From contig NC_073387.1 in the NCBI RefSeq assembly GCF_028641065.1, positions 38,502,001 through 38,566,000 of the forward strand: a stretch of 64,000 bases of DNA, written 5' to 3'. This document shows, piece after piece, positions 63,043 to 64,000 of this stretch. This DNA is from Leucoraja erinacea. Its lineage: Eukaryota. The position numbers were made by a program, and so were the translations under genes. Below the pieces are notes generated by a model. That model searched no databases, was not told the origin of the DNA, and saw nothing but the letters and a program-made list of their open reading frames with translations. The number at the start of each line of letters is the position of its first letter. Position 1 is the first letter of the stretch.

Positions 63043-64000
63043 TGTAGAGTTGATGCCTCACAGCGTTAGAGATCTACCTGGATTCAATCGTGATCTTGGG
63101 TGCAGGCTATGTGGAGTTTGCATGTTCTACTTGTGAATGCATGGGTTTCCTCTGGGTACTTCCTTTTCTTCCCACATCTCAAAGTCATGTGGGGTTGTAG
63201 GTTAATTGGCCTCCGTAAAAATTATCCCTTCTGGGGAGTGGATGATCAAGTGGGATACCATAGAACTAATGAGAACGGTTGATCAATGGTCAGTGTGGAC
63301 TCGGTGAGCTGAAGGTTCAGTGGTTCATTTAATAGAAAGAATCAGTCATTGAGAGATAATTGAAATTGGACATTTGACTATGCTGTATCTCTAAGCTAGA
63401 ACTAAAACTAAAACCAAAAACACTAAGTAGATGGAAAAAGGAGCTTATTATGTAAAATAAAACAAAGGCGGCATTTTGTTGAGACCACCTCCCCGAGGCT
63501 CCTTCATGTAGGACATCAATTAGGACCGAAGCGGTATGGTCTGGCTTTTGGGTCTGAGCCAGATTTTGTTTCTCACAGCATTTCTCCCAGTACTATTCAC
63601 AAACTCTTGTGCATGAAAAAAATCTGCCATGTATCCAATTGTTGAAATATGTGTTTAAAATTTCTGGGGAAAATAGCAATGGTTCAGTGGTTCATTTAAT
63701 AGAAAGAATCAGTCATGGAGAGAGAGATACAGCACAGAAACAGGAACTTTGACTAACTGAGACTGCACCAACTATCAAGGACCAATTCACACTAACCTAT
63801 TTTCCAGGCCATTTTATTCCCCCCACATTTGCATCAATTCCTCCCAGATTTCACCACACCTACACTCTAGTGCAAGATACATAGGGCAATTAACCTAATA
63901 ACCCACTTATTTGGGATGTGGAAAGAAACTGGCGCATCAGTTGGGCGGCACAGTAGGGCAGCAGTAGAGTTGCTGCCTTATAGCACTTGCAACACCGGAG
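63043..64000. mobile_element. Cluster of HE1-type SINEs (63043-63420 +, 63725-63935 -, 63943-end +)
   Basis: Recognisable V-domain, head and tail segments. Confidence 0.7.

Noticed and set aside
46000-64000. Searched for SNCB exons expected from human synteny and for distal GPRIN1 5' exons
   Set aside because: No synuclein peptide recognised; candidate splice sites are indistinguishable from chance

Overview
Vertebrate genomic DNA, most likely a cartilaginous fish such as a skate or ray (inferred from HE1-type V-SINEs and CR1/HER1-type LINEs). It holds two convergent genes. The first is the 3' part of CDHR2 on +: 13 exons reconstructed by hand from 760 to 26289, with consistent GT-AG phases, a TM helix and a C-terminal STDI PDZ-type motif. 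The second is a single-coding-exon GPRIN-family gene, probably GPRIN1 (minus strand, 40588-41823, 411 aa), with a CpG-rich upstream region. The rest is introns and intergenic DNA rich in HE1 SINEs, CR1, Rex1/Babar-like, Vingi-like and Harbinger elements. The most notable signal is more than 15 Penelope-like (GIY-YIG) retroelement ends that carry a minimal hammerhead-ribozyme motif (CTGAnGA-a-GGGTC-tc-GACCC-GAAAC-GTC). Many survive only as 150-310 bp fold-back palindromes with 11-16 bp target-site duplications, including tandem and four-core arrays. Two local direct-plus-inverted duplication mosaics were also seen. All calls were made by eye with no database search.
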